Source of the DNA: Malacoraja senta | Lineage: Eukaryota | DNA: 64,000 nucleotides | Reading direction: 5' to 3' | Assembly (NCBI GenBank): GCA_038087875.1 | Contig: CM075988.1 | Location: 18,602,001-18,666,000 of the forward strand | Shown here: positions 1-12,300 of the stretch, in pieces | How the letters are laid out: each line of letters begins with the position of its first letter | Position numbering within the stretch: the stretch's first letter is position 1 | Notes under the pieces: generated by a model | What the model was told of the DNA's origin: nothing | The model's database searches: none | What the model saw: only the letters and a program-made list of their open reading frames with translations | Program-made: the position numbers and the translations under genes

Positions 1-597
1 CTGTGACGGCATAATGCTGCAACACTATATTTAGGTCTGGTATTTTTCTCTTTGTACTAGGTTTTGTACTTGCGTGTGTCTTGATTGTACTCACACACAG
101 TATGATTTGACTGGATAGCATGCATTGCTTTTCACTGCATCTGCACAGGGCAATAATAAACCAATGCCAATACCAGGAAGATTTTTATTCTGGTAACGTC
201 TTTGTTATAATTATTCTATTGATTATGATATAAACAGCACATTTTCATTGCTCAGGACACATTAAAAAGCCTCAACATCTGTCACGGAAACCTTTACGAG
301 CAAAGAGTGACACAAAGTCGTTCGAGCTGGACACACGTGAGATTTGCAGAAGCTGGAATCTTGAGCAGAACACAAAGTGCTGGAGTAACTCAGCCAGCAG
401 GTCATGTCTGGCAGCATCCCCGGGGGGGAATGGACAGACAATGTTTCGGGTCGGGACTCTTCTTCAGTTCGATGAAGACATTTGAGCAGCTGGGGCAGAT
501 GATCAAAAGGTTGGCTACGGAGGGAGGTTTTAAGGGATTTTCTTGGAGAGAAAGGTGGAGAGAACCAATGTTTATTGTCCAACCAGTAATTCTAAGG

Positions 598-1085
598 GAG
601 ATTATCTGTTTGTTATCTTACTCCAGTGTACGAGATCTTGCTCTGCCAAAACTGGCTGATATTCTTCCTACAGTCCTGCACTTCAAAACAGAGTGATTTC
701 GGGACAGCACGGTGGCGCAGTGGTAGAACTGCTCCCTTACAGCACCAGAGTCCTGGGTTCGGTCCTGACTACGGTTGGTGTCAGTACAGAGTTAGTACAT
801 TCTCCCTTGTCCATCGGGTTTTCGCTGGGCGCTCCGGTTTCCTCCCACATTCAAAAGACGTACAGGATTGTAGATTAATTGACTTTGGTAAAAAATTGAA
901 ATTGGCCCTTGTGTGTAGGATAGTGTTAATGTAGGGGGTGACCGTTGCTTGCCGTGGACTTGGTGGGCTGAAGGGCCTGTTTCTGTGCTGTATCTCTAAA
1001 GCCTAAAATCTAAAGGCTGTGAACAATTTGGGAAGTCTTGAAAGGATGTGGAAGGTGCCATAGAAATGCCCGGTTCTCTTCCTTA
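598..1085 (+). mobile_element. Ancient DeuSINE/SacSINE1-like remnant split by an HE1-like SINE
   Basis: GATTATCTG...CACTTCAAAA (598-690) and GGCTGTGAACAATTTGGG...GAAGGTGCCATAGAAATGC (1015-1070) resemble, from my recall of the family, the L2-type 3' part of DeuSINEs. Similar remnants at about 17520-17575, 52400-52500 and 57850-57960. Confidence 0.5.
701..1015 (+). mobile_element. HE1-like tRNA-derived V-SINE
   Basis: A box (GGTGGCGCAGTGG), B box (GGTTCGGTCC), V-domain (GGTTTCCTCCCAC..CAAAGAC), CR1-like 3' tail GGGCCTGTTTC...GTATCTCTAAA. Confidence 0.9.
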
Positions 1086-2429
1086 TCTCCAGAGCATCGT
1101 GTCTCCAGCTTGGGACATACAATATGTTTTTTGCTGCACATTAGTTACATGGTCTCATCCCTAAAATGGCTGCAGGAACCTGGATTACATTTAGCCCAAG
1201 ATAGACACCAAGTGCTGGAGTAACTCAGCGGGCCAGGCAGCATCTCTGGAGAAAAAGGATGGGTGACATTTCAGGTCGTGACCCTTCTTCAGACCATTAC
1301 ATTTAGCCCACCTTGGCACTGTCTCCTGGACTGCATTAACCCAGATTCCTGGGGCTTACATCAACCTGATTTAAACAGCTCCATCCCATGTCCCGACCCA
1401 AAACATCACCCATTCCCGCTGATTTACTCCAGCATTTTGTGTCTATTCATCGCATGGAATCAGCCTTCTCATTCTTGCTGAAATTAAAGGCCAATCTAAA
1501 CCATTCCTCGAAAGAACAAACACACACATTGAAAAATTAAATCCACTCATTAAAAATAAAAATCCAATACAAATTACAATGGATGCTTTGGAGTCAGGCT
1601 GTTTGGTTTATGAAATAGATTTAATGAATTAAAATTTTAATTTGCCTTTTATTCCTGGTTGCAGTCTGCATTTTTTTTTTGCTCAATCAATAATGTTTTG
1701 TTCTGCAGGCAGTCTGACTATGATGCACATCTTAGCCTTTGTCGTTCAGTAGAGACCATAAGAGAGGCATGATCAGTAATTGTCAGGTCTTCCTAGGTTA
1801 GCGATATTTTTTAACCAGATACTTCATCTCTGCAACCTGCATTATAATCACTTCTGAGGTGAAATCAGGTTTTATTATCTTGAACAATAAAGCCCACATC
1901 AAAAATTAAAATATGTTCCGCATCTTATCAAGCCTCTTAGAAATGTTTCAGAATAATTCATAAAGACTGCACCTGTAGAAATGGCACTGGGCTCCAACAG
2001 TGGCCGTCAAAGAATAAATCTCAGGCACCTGGTTTCCTCACAGTCAGATGGTCAATGGGACTGCCACAGGATTTGGTTACATTTCATCTCCTGTCTGGAT
2101 TAGAGTCATAGAATGATTGAACCATAGAGCTGTACAGCGCAGAAACAGGCCTTTCAGTCCATCTAGTCCATGCCGACCAAGTTGGCATATTGGGCTAGTC
2201 TAATTTGTCTGCATTTGGCCCATAGCACTCTAAACCCTTTCTGTCCACGTATTTGTACGGATGTTTTTTTAGAAGCCGCAAATAATATCCGTTTCTCTAG
2301 CTTCTGCTGGCAGCTCACTCCGGATACAGGCTGGAAGATACCCGACCCGAAATGTCAACTGTCCACACTCTCCCCAGATGCTGCCTGACCCATCGAGTTC
2401 CACAATTTTGATAGAGGCCGATTAGAGTA

Positions 2430-2598
2430 CAAGCCTGCAACGTCTATAGAATGTCGGAGGAAACTGGAGCATCTGGAGGAAACCCACATGGTCACAGGGA
2501 GAACGTGCAAACTTCACACAGACAGCACTCGAGGTTCGGATTGAACCCGGGTCTCCAGTGCTGTGAGGCAACAGCTCTACCAGCTGCACCACTGTGCC
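2430..2598 (-). mobile_element. HE1-like SINE, 5' half
   Basis: Reverse complement of the tRNA head and V-domain. Confidence 0.8.
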
Positions 2599-2829
2599 AA
2601 TCTGTCTCCATATCTGATCCTCTATCTCCCACTGGTTACTGGAAGGCCTATAATATTATCACATTAGAGTAATTGCTACTTTCTTGTTTTTGAGCTCGAC
2701 CCAGGATTGAACCGGGGACTCTGACGCGGTGAGGCATCACTGTGCTGACAAAGGAGCTGACAAATCGTGGAGAGGGTTTGAAGGCAAAGGTTGAAGGTTT
2801 GAAGAAGGGACTCGACCAGCTATCAGTGG

Positions 2830-3152
2830 GGTGGTGCATGGTGGCGCAGTGGCAGAGTTGCTGCCTTATAGCCCTTGCAGCACCAGAGACCTGGGTTCCA
2901 TCCCGATTTCGGATGCTGTCTGTACGGAGTTCGTACGTTCACCCCGTGACGGCGTGGGTTTTCCCCGAGATCATCGGTTTCCCCCCACACTCCAAGATGT
3001 ACAGGTTTGTAGGTCAATTGGCTTGGTTTAAGTGTAAATTGTCCCTAGTGTGTATAGGATAGTGTTAATTTGCAGGGGATCACTGGACGTGCGGACTTGG
3101 CGGGCCGAAGGGCCTGTTTATGCGCTGTGTCTCTAAACTAGACTAAACTAAA
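2830..3152 (+). mobile_element. HE1-like SINE
   Basis: Full-length match to the other copies, (CTAAA)n tail. Confidence 0.9.
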
Positions 3153-4935
3153 CCATCCACTTTCTCCAGAGACACTGCCTAGCCTGCTGAGTTACTCCAG
3201 CACTTTGTGTCTTTTTTTCCTGGTGTCTCCGTTGGAGAACTACATGGCTGCATTGCTTCAATGGTAAATGCTTAGTTTAGTTTCGTTTAGTTTGGTTTGG
3301 TTTAGTGATATAGTGTGGAATAAGGTCCCACCATGCTGACCCATACGCTAGTTCTATCCTCCTGACGAGATACAATTTACAGAGGCCAATTAACGTACAA
3401 ACCTGCACGTCTGTGTTTTTGTAACCCAGCATCTGTAGTTTTCTGTATCTCCTTTCTGTGACTCTTCTGGGTGCGACTAGGCTGTGAGGAGATTAATGGC
3501 AGAAAGAGTTAACTTGCTGAGCACTTGGCTCGTGCACTGAGTCAGGGTGAGTTATATCTGGCCTTCTATTCTACGAGCTATGAGCACATTGGAGCATTGA
3601 AGTTCAGTTCCTTCCAATCAATGGCAAGCAGATGTTTGCATGTTACATACTTTAATGCGGAGAACAGAGGGAAAGATTTCCCTGTCCGCAGCATTTTACC
3701 TGGTAAACTAATTAACAAAAATAGGAAAAGCAATTACTAGAATTCATGATGTGTGCAAATAAGGGACTATACAACACTAACCTCAGCAATTATGATCTTC
3801 CCTGGACTGTGTCTGGTTGCACTGCAGACTTAGGTTTTGCACTATTATGTATTACAGTTGTAGAGTCATAGAATCACACAGCAAGAACCAGGCCCTTCGG
3901 CCCAACTTGCCCGCACCGACCAACATGTCCCACCTACATTAGTCCCACTGGCCTGCGTTTGGCCCATATCCCTTTAAACTTGTCCTATCCATGAACCTGT
4001 CTGAATGTTTCTTAAATGGTTATTAATCTATTGTATGATTGATTTATCTGTCTGTTATTGCTTTCATTAGTTCATAAGTTATAGAAGCAGAATTTGGCTG
4101 TTCTACCCATCAAGTCTCCTCCGCCATTCAATCATGCCTGATCTATATATCTATCCCTCTCAACCCCATTCTCCTGCCTTCTCCCCATAAGCCCTGACGC
4201 CCTAATGAGACTATAAAGTTGACGTCAGTAAAGGGTTCATTGTTCTGTTGTCAGTATATACGACAAGTATACACTTTTGACTCTTGACATGCACCAATGA
4301 TTGGAAATTCTGTTCAGCAAAAGAGGAGAGACTAAATATATTGTGTTCTGTTTGAGCCAGTTAATAGAATTGGATTTAATGTTATTCTTTGGCCTTGTTG
4401 GATGAGGGTTTTGAAATGTTGGAATATGCAACATTACTAAAGTTAATTAAATCTTTTTACTCTTAATTGGGCGAAGTGGTGTTCCAACTGCTGCAGGGTT
4501 AATCAGTTACTGGCACATCAAGCACATATTAAAATGTTAGCTCTGACATTAACATAGTCAATGTACTTAGGATATAATAATCTTCCCAATAGGTCAATGG
4601 TTGAAATGAATCTTCCGCATTTATCAACTGAATTGGCTGATGTATTTTGACAAGCCTCCTTGTCCTGTATTCTCCCACCTAGAGAGGCTGCTTCAAACTC
4701 TAATAAACTACAGAACAAAAAGTCATCGGCATGAGTGGCCAATATCATGACGTAAACGCACTTTGTTCCACCATTCCAAACCAGTGTCCACTTGCTTGGC
4801 AACAGATATATTCTAAACGATGAATGAGGGCAATACCTTTCTTAAAGCAAACTACCTGGGTCTCGAACAAAGCGCTTTATGTGTTTAAGGTTACAGGGTT
4901 GTGGCATGCAGTATACAGGGTTCAGTTTGTTAGTT

Positions 4936-5128
4936 AAGCCCCTGTCCCACGATGCGAGTTTACCCAAGAGCTCTCCCGAGTTAAAAAAAAATCAAACTCA
5001 TGGTAAGTACGTAGAATGTACGTAGCGGGTACGTCGGAGCGCGTGGATGTCTCGGAGCGGCTCGTAATGCCAGCGGCAGGTTCTCGGGAAACGCGGAAAC
5101 TCGTGGAGTTTTTTCAACAGTGTGAAAC
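4936..5128. mobile_element. Truncated (one-arm) relative of the 61.7 kb MITE
   Basis: AAGCCCCTGTCCCAC start, and GGCTCGTAATGCCAGCGGCAGGTTCTCGGG...TTTTTTCAACAGTGTGAAA matches the reverse complement of the right arm and spacer of 61681-62029. Confidence 0.75.
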
Positions 5129-6454
5129 TAGTCTATTTCATTCTTTGGAAGACTGCAACCACCTGTGATTTCTGTGGAAGACCAAACTCAATTGACTTGT
5201 GCAGGAAGGAACTGCAGCTGCAGGTTGAAACTGAAGATGGACACAAAAAGCTGGAGTAACTCAGCGGAACAGGCAGCATCTCTGGAGAGAAGGAATGGGC
5301 TACTTTCCTGGTCGAGACCCTTCTTCAGAGGGGTTGTCGAAACTCAAATGACTTGTTCGTTTGCCAGCTCTGTAGTGAAACGCTGAAAGCTATTGGGCTC
5401 CCTAGCTCGAGTTTAGACGATTTCAGGAGCATTCATTAGAACAGGTGTAATGCATGGTGAGATTCTGTGTCATGAGGTACAACTCGGAGCCGCTCTGGTT
5501 CCAAGCCTGGTCCGTGGATACAGATGGGGAGCTCACGATTGAACTCTGCAGTGGTCAACTGTACCACACATGGCAGCAGGGAGTAGATAGGATTTGTTTG
5601 GTAATATTGTTACTTGTCGGCACCAAAACGTGGCGACACTTGTGTAATGTCTAGGTTGAATGCAAAACAAAACTTAGGTATGTCTGAGTAAAATATCATT
5701 CATTCATTCATTCATTCAGTAGGCTACAGTCATCTCTAGGTACAGGGCAGCAACTCTACTAGATGTGCTTCATAGCACCGCATGCGTTGGTCGGCATGGA
5801 CAGCACGCACCACCAGACTCAGCAACAGCTCCTTCCCCTCTGCTTCAAGCTTGTGAACGAACGGTCCTTCCATAAATGAGGGTACTGTCCGATTCACCTC
5901 TACCCCATTGCGGACATTGGACTTTGTCTGTGGAATTGGACAAGATCACGAGGGGCATGGATAAAGTGAACGCTCACAGTCATTATCCCAGACTAGCGGA
6001 TTCAAGAATTAGGGTGCACAGTCTTAAATGAGACAGTGGTGATTTAAGAGGGGTCCGAGAGGCAACCTTTTCACACGGAGGGCAGTCCGCATCTGGAATG
6101 AGCTGCTAGAGGAAACTGAGGAAGCAGATACAATTACGACTGAAGACGTTTGGATAGATATATGGATAGGAAGGGCTTAGAGAGAAAATTAGTTTGGCTT
6201 GGAGAGTTTGGATGGCATGGACAAGGTGGGCTGAAAGGTCAAATTCCTTGCTTCACAGATTTGTGATTCAATGGTGTTGCAATGTGCACAACGTTGGCAG
6301 ATTGGGCCAATCTGCGCTCACACATACCTGGTCCAGGTCTCAAGCCCAGGTGACATCCAGGAAACAATAAAGTAACATTGAACGAACTTGCAGGAATGGT
6401 CTCGCAGGTGAGAAGCTTCAGTTACAAGGGTCAGGTGGAGAAACTTGGCTCTCT

Positions 6455-6955
6455 TGCTGACCGGTTGCATCGTGGCTTGGTTCGGCAACTTGAGCGCCCA
6501 GGAGCGGAAAAGTAGTAAACACTGCCCAGTCCATCATTGGCTCTGACCTCCCTACCATCGAGGGGATCTATCGCAGTCGCTGCCTCAAAAAGGCTGGCAG
6601 CATCATCAAGGACCCACACTATCCTGGCCACACACTCATCTCCCTGCTATCTTCAGGTAGAAGGTACAGGAGCCTGAGGACTGCAACGTCCAGATTCAGG
6701 AATAGCTACTTCCCCACAGCCATCAGGCTATTAAACTCAACTGAAACAAAACTCTGAACATTAATAGACCTTAATATCTGTTTATTTGCACTTTATCTGT
6801 TTATTTATTAATGTGTGTATATATTTATATAATGGTATATTGACACACTGATCTGTTCTGTATTCATGCCTAGCATATTCTGTTGTGCTGAAGCAAAGCA
6901 AGAATTTCATTGTCCTATCTGGGACACATGACAATAAACTCTCTTGAATCTTGAA
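6455..6955 (+). mobile_element. Rex1/Babar-like LINE 3' fragment
   Basis: Encodes AQSIIGSDLPTIEGIYRSRCLKKAGSIIKDPH.PGH.L...SGRRYRSL...RFRNSYFPTAIRLLN. 3' end ACATGACAATAAAC followed by a (TTGAA)-type tail. Confidence 0.85.
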
Positions 6956-7639
6956 ACTTGGCTCTCTTTCTTGAAAGGTTTCGGTTTATTACTGTGACAT
7001 GTACCGAGATACCAAAAATCTTTGCATAAAATGCTGGAGTAACTCAGCGGGACAGGCAGCATCTCTGGGGAGAAGAAAAGGGTCATCGGAGAGAGGAGGA
7101 GAACTTCTTCAAAGTAGGCAGACCTCGAGGAGAATTTGCAGTGGAGCAGACCAAAAAGCTTTGTTTTGCATGCTATTCAAACAGATCAGATAATACTGCA
7201 CACCAACACAATCAAACCAAATGTAAGTACAGCAGATGGAGCAAAGGGGAAGATACTGAATGAATTTCAATGAAGGTCAAGAAAGGTTTTGACAGAGTTT
7301 TTAAAATTATCGATGGTCCATTAAGAGTAACGAAAGAAAAAGTGTTCCCATTGCTGGAAACGTTGGGAGCCTCAAGGACAGAGATTGAAAGTGACTGGCA
7401 AAAGAAACGGAAATGACAATGAGGCAACATTTCACAACAACGTGCTCTGACCCGGAGTTCAATGCTCGAAATGGTGGCGGATGTAAATTCAAAAACAGAA
7501 TTCAATATTTGAAGAAAATAAATTTGAAAAGCAACAAGGTGGAGGCCAAGGAACAGGTTCAAGTGGATCGTGCTTTCAAACAGGCAGCCTTGTTTTTGTG
7601 GTGTAATGCCTCTATGATCGTCTGATTTATTCAAGCTAA

Positions 7640-8053
7640 GGGCGGCACGGTGGCGCAGCGGTAGATTTGCCACCTCACAGCGCCAGAGACCCGGGTACGA
7701 TCCTAGTTACGGGTGCTGTCTGCACGGAATTTGTACGTTCTCCCCGTGACCTGCGTGGGTTTTCTCCGGGAGCTCAGGTTTCCTCCCACACTCCACAGGT
7801 TTGTAGGTTAATTGGATTTGGTAAAGATTGCAAATTGCCCCCAGTGTGTGTAAGAGTGTGCCAGTGTACCGGGATATCTGAGTCTGAAGAAGGGTTTCGG
7901 CCCGAAACGTTACCTATTTCCTTCGCTCCATAGATGCTGCTGCACCTGCTGAGTTTCTCCAGCATTTTTGTGTACCGGGATCTATGGTGGGCACAGATTT
8001 GGTGGGCGAAGGGCCTGTTTCCACGCTGTATCTCTAAAACTAAAAACTAAAGC
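7640..8053 (+). mobile_element. HE1-like SINE with an internal ~100-bp Penelope terminal-repeat insertion
   Basis: SINE head, V-domain and tail. Insert at about 7876-7970 flanked by repeated GTGTACCGGGAT; hammerhead core at 7884-7911. Confidence 0.9.
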
Positions 8054-8099
8054 TATGCTCAACATAATAAAATATAACCAAGTGTTATTTATTGATTGA

Positions 8100-8299
8100 N
8101 NNNNNNNNNNNNNNNNNNNNNNNNNNNNNNNNNNNNNNNNNNNNNNNNNNNNNNNNNNNNNNNNNNNNNNNNNNNNNNNNNNNNNNNNNNNNNNNNNNNN
8201 NNNNNNNNNNNNNNNNNNNNNNNNNNNNNNNNNNNNNNNNNNNNNNNNNNNNNNNNNNNNNNNNNNNNNNNNNNNNNNNNNNNNNNNNNNNNNNNNNNN
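8100..8299. other. Assembly gap (200 N)
   Basis: Run of N, probably a fixed-size scaffold gap, abutting a CR1 3' end (8320-8468). Confidence 0.99.
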
Positions 8300-8718
8300 C
8301 CCTCTATTTAAAAGTCTATTTAAAAATAGCGGAGTCAGGGGATATGGGGAGAAGGCAGGAACGGGGTACTGATTGGGGATGATCAGCCATGATCACATTG
8401 AATGGCGGTGCTGGCTCGAAGGGCCGAATGGCCTACTCTTGCACCTATTGTCTATTGTCTATTGTCTATACCTCTCCTTTCCATGTACCTGTCCAAGTGT
8501 TTTATAATAGCGTTTGTTAGGAAGGCAGTTTCAACTCAGCACGTTGTTAGATGCTCAGAATTACAGCATACACAGTTTCCTGTGCATCTTCAGATTCAGA
8601 TTCAGACTCAGAAAACTTTATTGTCTGTCGTAACAGAAAATCTTCTTGGCGTGGCTCAACATCTTTGAAGGTCATCGCTGATCATGTATCTCAGGACCAC
8701 GGCAGGACTTATATCTTA

Positions 8719-9022
8719 GGGGCGGCACGGTGGCGCAGCGATACAGTTGTTGCCTTACGGCGCCAGAGACCCCTTGTTCGATCCTGACCAAGGGTGCTGT
8801 CTGTATGGAGTTTGTAGGTTCTCCCCGTGACCACGTGGGTTTTCTTCGGGTGCTCCGGTTTCCTCCCACACTCCAAGGACGTACAGGTTTGAAGGCTAAT
8901 TGGCTTGGTAAATTTGTAAATTGTCCGTAGTGTGTGTAGGATAGTGTTAACGTGCGGGGGTTGCTGGTTGGCGCAGACTCGGTGGGCCTGTTTCCGTGCT
9001 CTATCTCTAAACTAAGCTAAAC
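8719..9022 (+). mobile_element. HE1-like SINE
   Basis: Full-length match. Confidence 0.9.
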
Positions 9023-9059
9023 TGCACAAATCCTTAATTAGTGTCAGACTATCCTTAAA

Positions 9060-9520
9060 CAGCACAGAAACAGACCCTTTGATCTACCTCGTCCACGCCA
9101 TTTAAGCTAGTCCCACCTGCCTGCGTTTGGGCCAGATCCCTCTAAACCTTTTCTATCCATGTACCTGTCCAAGTGACTTTTAAATGTGGTTATTGAACCT
9201 TCCTCAACTTGCTCCCTTGGTGCTTTGTTCCACATACCCACTACCTTCTGAGTGAAAAAGTTGTCCATCAGGTTCCCATTAAATCTTTTCCCTCTCACCT
9301 TAAAGGTATGCCCTCTCGTTCTTGATTCCCCATCCCTGGTAAAAGACTCTGTGCATTCACCCTATCTATTCCCCTCCTGATTTTATACACCTCCGTAAGA
9401 TCACCCCTCAGACCTCAGCCCCCTGTGCTCAAAGGAATAAAGTCCCAGCCTGCCCAACCTCTCAAGGCCCTCAAATCCTGGCAACATTCCCGTGAATTTT
9501 CTCTGGACTCTTTCCAGTTT
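9060..9520 (-). mobile_element. Older CR1-clade LINE 3' fragment
   Basis: Minus-strand peptides LERVQRKFTGMLPG and NFFTQKVVGMWN. Similar decayed copies lie at about 22570-23250, 36310-36700, 58735-59690 and 60125-60415. Confidence 0.8.
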
Positions 9521-9774
9521 AATTATCACCCAATTCTCTCGATAGTCAAAAATCTTCAGTTCCCTGTCTTGAATGTACGAAAGCACTAATGTCACGTACA
9601 GTCTTGCTTTATTTCACTGTCTGTTTTTTTACTGGCTTGCAGAAGTTATTGAAATGTGTATTTAATCTTTGTCTGTATTTAATATTTAGTCTGTCTGTGT
9701 CTACGCGTCTGTGATGCCGCTGCAGGCAAGATCTTCAATGATCCTCACCATACCTGTGCAGATGACAATAAACT

Positions 9775-10700
9775 TGGAAGATAGACACAAATGCTGGAGT
9801 AACTCTGCGGGACAGGCAGCATCCCTGGAGGGAAGGAATAGGTGACGTTTCGGGTCGAGACCCTTCTTCAGACTGAGAGTCAGGGGAGAGGGAGACACAG
9901 AGATATGGAAGGGTAAGGTGCAAAACCGAGAGATTGTAGGGGGACGAACCTCAAGGAAAACGTAGAATAGATCATTGTTAGCTAGGGGAAGGTGACAACG
10001 AAGCATCCAAAGATAAAATGTAATCAGGACAGCCAGACTGGTCGGAGAACTAGGCTGATGGAGGATGGATGGAGGGAGGGGGACTCCGTGACAGAGCTAG
10101 CACAGCTCCCAACTTAGAGAACACCAAAGATTCAAAATAGACACAAAAAGCTGGAGTAACTCAGCGGGTCCGGCAGCATCTCTGGAGAAAACGATTAGGT
10201 GACGTTTTGGGCTGTGACCCTTCTTCAGACAAAGGGAATTGAGAGATATAGACGGTGATATAGAACAAATGAATGAAAGATATACAACAAGTAATGATGA
10301 TCAAGGAAAAGTGGAGCCCACAATGGTCCACTGTTGGCTGTGTGCTAGGTGATAACAAGGTATATTGACAGTGACAGGTATATTGACAGTGAAACGCAAT
10401 AGGGTGACAGTGAAACTAGTTTAGTTTATTTTAGTTTAGTTTGGTTTATTGTCACGTGTACTGAGGGACGATGAGAAGCTTTTTTTGCGTATACGTGATT
10501 ACATGATTACATTCAAGAGTATACATGGTCACACACAAACCATTTACAGTGTGCAGATACATGATAAGGGAATAATGTTTAGTTATTAACTAGTATGACG
10601 ACTAGGGTGGGGAGGGATGGAGAGAGAGGTGGTGCAAGGGTTACTTGAAGTGAGAGAAATCAATACTCATACAGCTGGGTTGTAAGCTGCCCAAGCGATT
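9775..10700 (-). mobile_element. Two tandem Penelope terminal-repeat/3' UTR fragments
   Basis: Reverse complements of the 20.1-20.46 kb region. Intact hammerhead core at 9844-9871. Confidence 0.8.
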
Positions 10701-11396
10701 CAAAGAATGGTGAAGACATTTTTTCTCATTCCAAACCCGAGTGACTGAACCCTCACGGTGACCTCGGATTTGCGTCTCGCCAGCAGGGCAAAGATGATCT
10801 CTGTCTCAAGCCTGGCAGGTGCTTGAGACTTTGGGTGTCAATGAGATCACCTCTCATTCTCAAGAGAGTCCACGGTCAAGAGAGTTTTGTTGTCTTGCTA
10901 GACCAAGTGCAGACCCATTGGGTCAGCTGCCCCAAACGCACCCGTTCCCTACCCGTAGCCCCCACGGGAGGCATGGTCCTCCAACTCAAGCCGTTCCTGA
11001 ACGTAAGATTCCAGCACTCCCCTTGCCTCCGTCAGCAGTGCTCTTTAAAAACAATTCCAATTGCACTTGCCCTGCGTGTTGCAATATCAATTCTCCCTCC
11101 CCCTGCTAGTCTATCTATTGTGACGTCATTAGTTGAAGCTGGTCCGTTTGAAATTCAAGGTATTGTGAAATTCTTGCAGCAGCACAGCAGATATATAAAC
11201 ATAGTACTCTGTCAACACCAGAATAACCAGCAAATAAAGAAGTTCAGTGTATAAAAAACCCCAAATGTTAATAGTGCAAAGACAAAAACAATAGAAACAA
11301 TGCCCCCAAGCCAATCTAGTTGGGAGCATATTTTGAGGTTGTAGTATTTAATATCTTGATAGGACAGACGGGGTTTACACATTTCCTCTCTGTACA

Positions 11397-11660
11397 ACAG
11401 GACTGAGATGAGGAAAATCTTTTTCACTCAGAGTTGTGAATCTGGAATTCACTGCCACAGAAAGCAGTGGGGGCCAATTCTCTGGATGTTTTCAAGAGAG
11501 GGTTAGATATAGCTCTTAGGGCTAATGAAATCAAGGGATATAGGGAGAAAGCAGGAACTGGGTACCGATTTTGGATGATCAGCCATGATCATATTGAATG
11601 GCGGTGCTGGCTCGAAGGGCCGAATGGCCTACTCCTGCACCTAATTTCTATGTTTCTATG
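11397..11660 (+). mobile_element. CR1-clade LINE 3' end
   Basis: Matches 16.5-16.75 kb (GGATATAGGGAGAAAGCAGGAAC...GGCCTACTCCTGCACC). Confidence 0.85.
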
Positions 11661-11749
11661 TCACAGACACCCCACTTTGCCGAAGAACATAGCATGACGT
11701 ACTCCTGTAGAAAGGTGTAGCAGCTACTAACGGTATCTTCACTCCATGT

Positions 11750-12300
11750 CATTTGAGTTTGTTTGAGTTGAGTTTAGTTTATTATCACTGAGGTACAATG
11801 AAAAGCTTTTGTTGCGTGCTAACCAGTCAGCGGAAAGATGGTACATGATTACAATTGAACCATCCACAGTGTAGAGATACATGATGAAGGGAATAACGTG
11901 AATAATGTTTAGTGTGAGACAAAGTCCAGTAAAGTCAGATCAAAGATGGTCCAAGGGTCTCTCATGAGGTAGATAGTAGGTCAGGACTGCTCTCTAGTTG
12001 CTGGGAGGATGATTCAGTTGCCTGATAAAGCTGGGAAGAAACTCCCTGAATCTGGAGGTGTGCGTTTTCACTCTTCTATACTCTCTGCCTGATGGGAGAG
12101 GGGAGAAGAGGGAGTGGCCGGGATGTGACTCGTCCTTGATTATGCCGAGGCAGCGTGAGGTGTAAATTGAGTTAAATGGAAGGAAAGTTGGATTGTGTGA
12201 TGGTCTGGGCTGCGTCCACAATTCTCTGCAATTTCTTGCGGTCTTGGATGGAACTGTACCCAAACCATGCTGTGATGCATCCCGATAAAATGCTTTCTAC
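11750..12300 (-). mobile_element. Rex1/Babar-like LINE 3' fragment
   Basis: Minus-strand VESILSGCITAWFG...RKKLQRIV..AQTI and GIIKDESHPGHSLFSPLPSGR peptides. Confidence 0.85.

Noticed and set aside
701..780. tRNA genes at SINE heads
   Set aside because: A/B boxes run directly into the V-domain and LINE-like tail; these are SINE heads, not cloverleaf tRNAs.
1709..1772. Plus-strand exon candidate (TTCTGCAG|..QSDYDAHLSLCRSVETIREA*)
   Set aside because: Acceptor-like site only; no recognisable homology or partner exons.
11120..11128. Palindromic CRE (TGACGTCA) as evidence for a promoter
   Set aside because: A single 8-mer (others at about 4220 and 53480) with no supporting CpG island or first exon.
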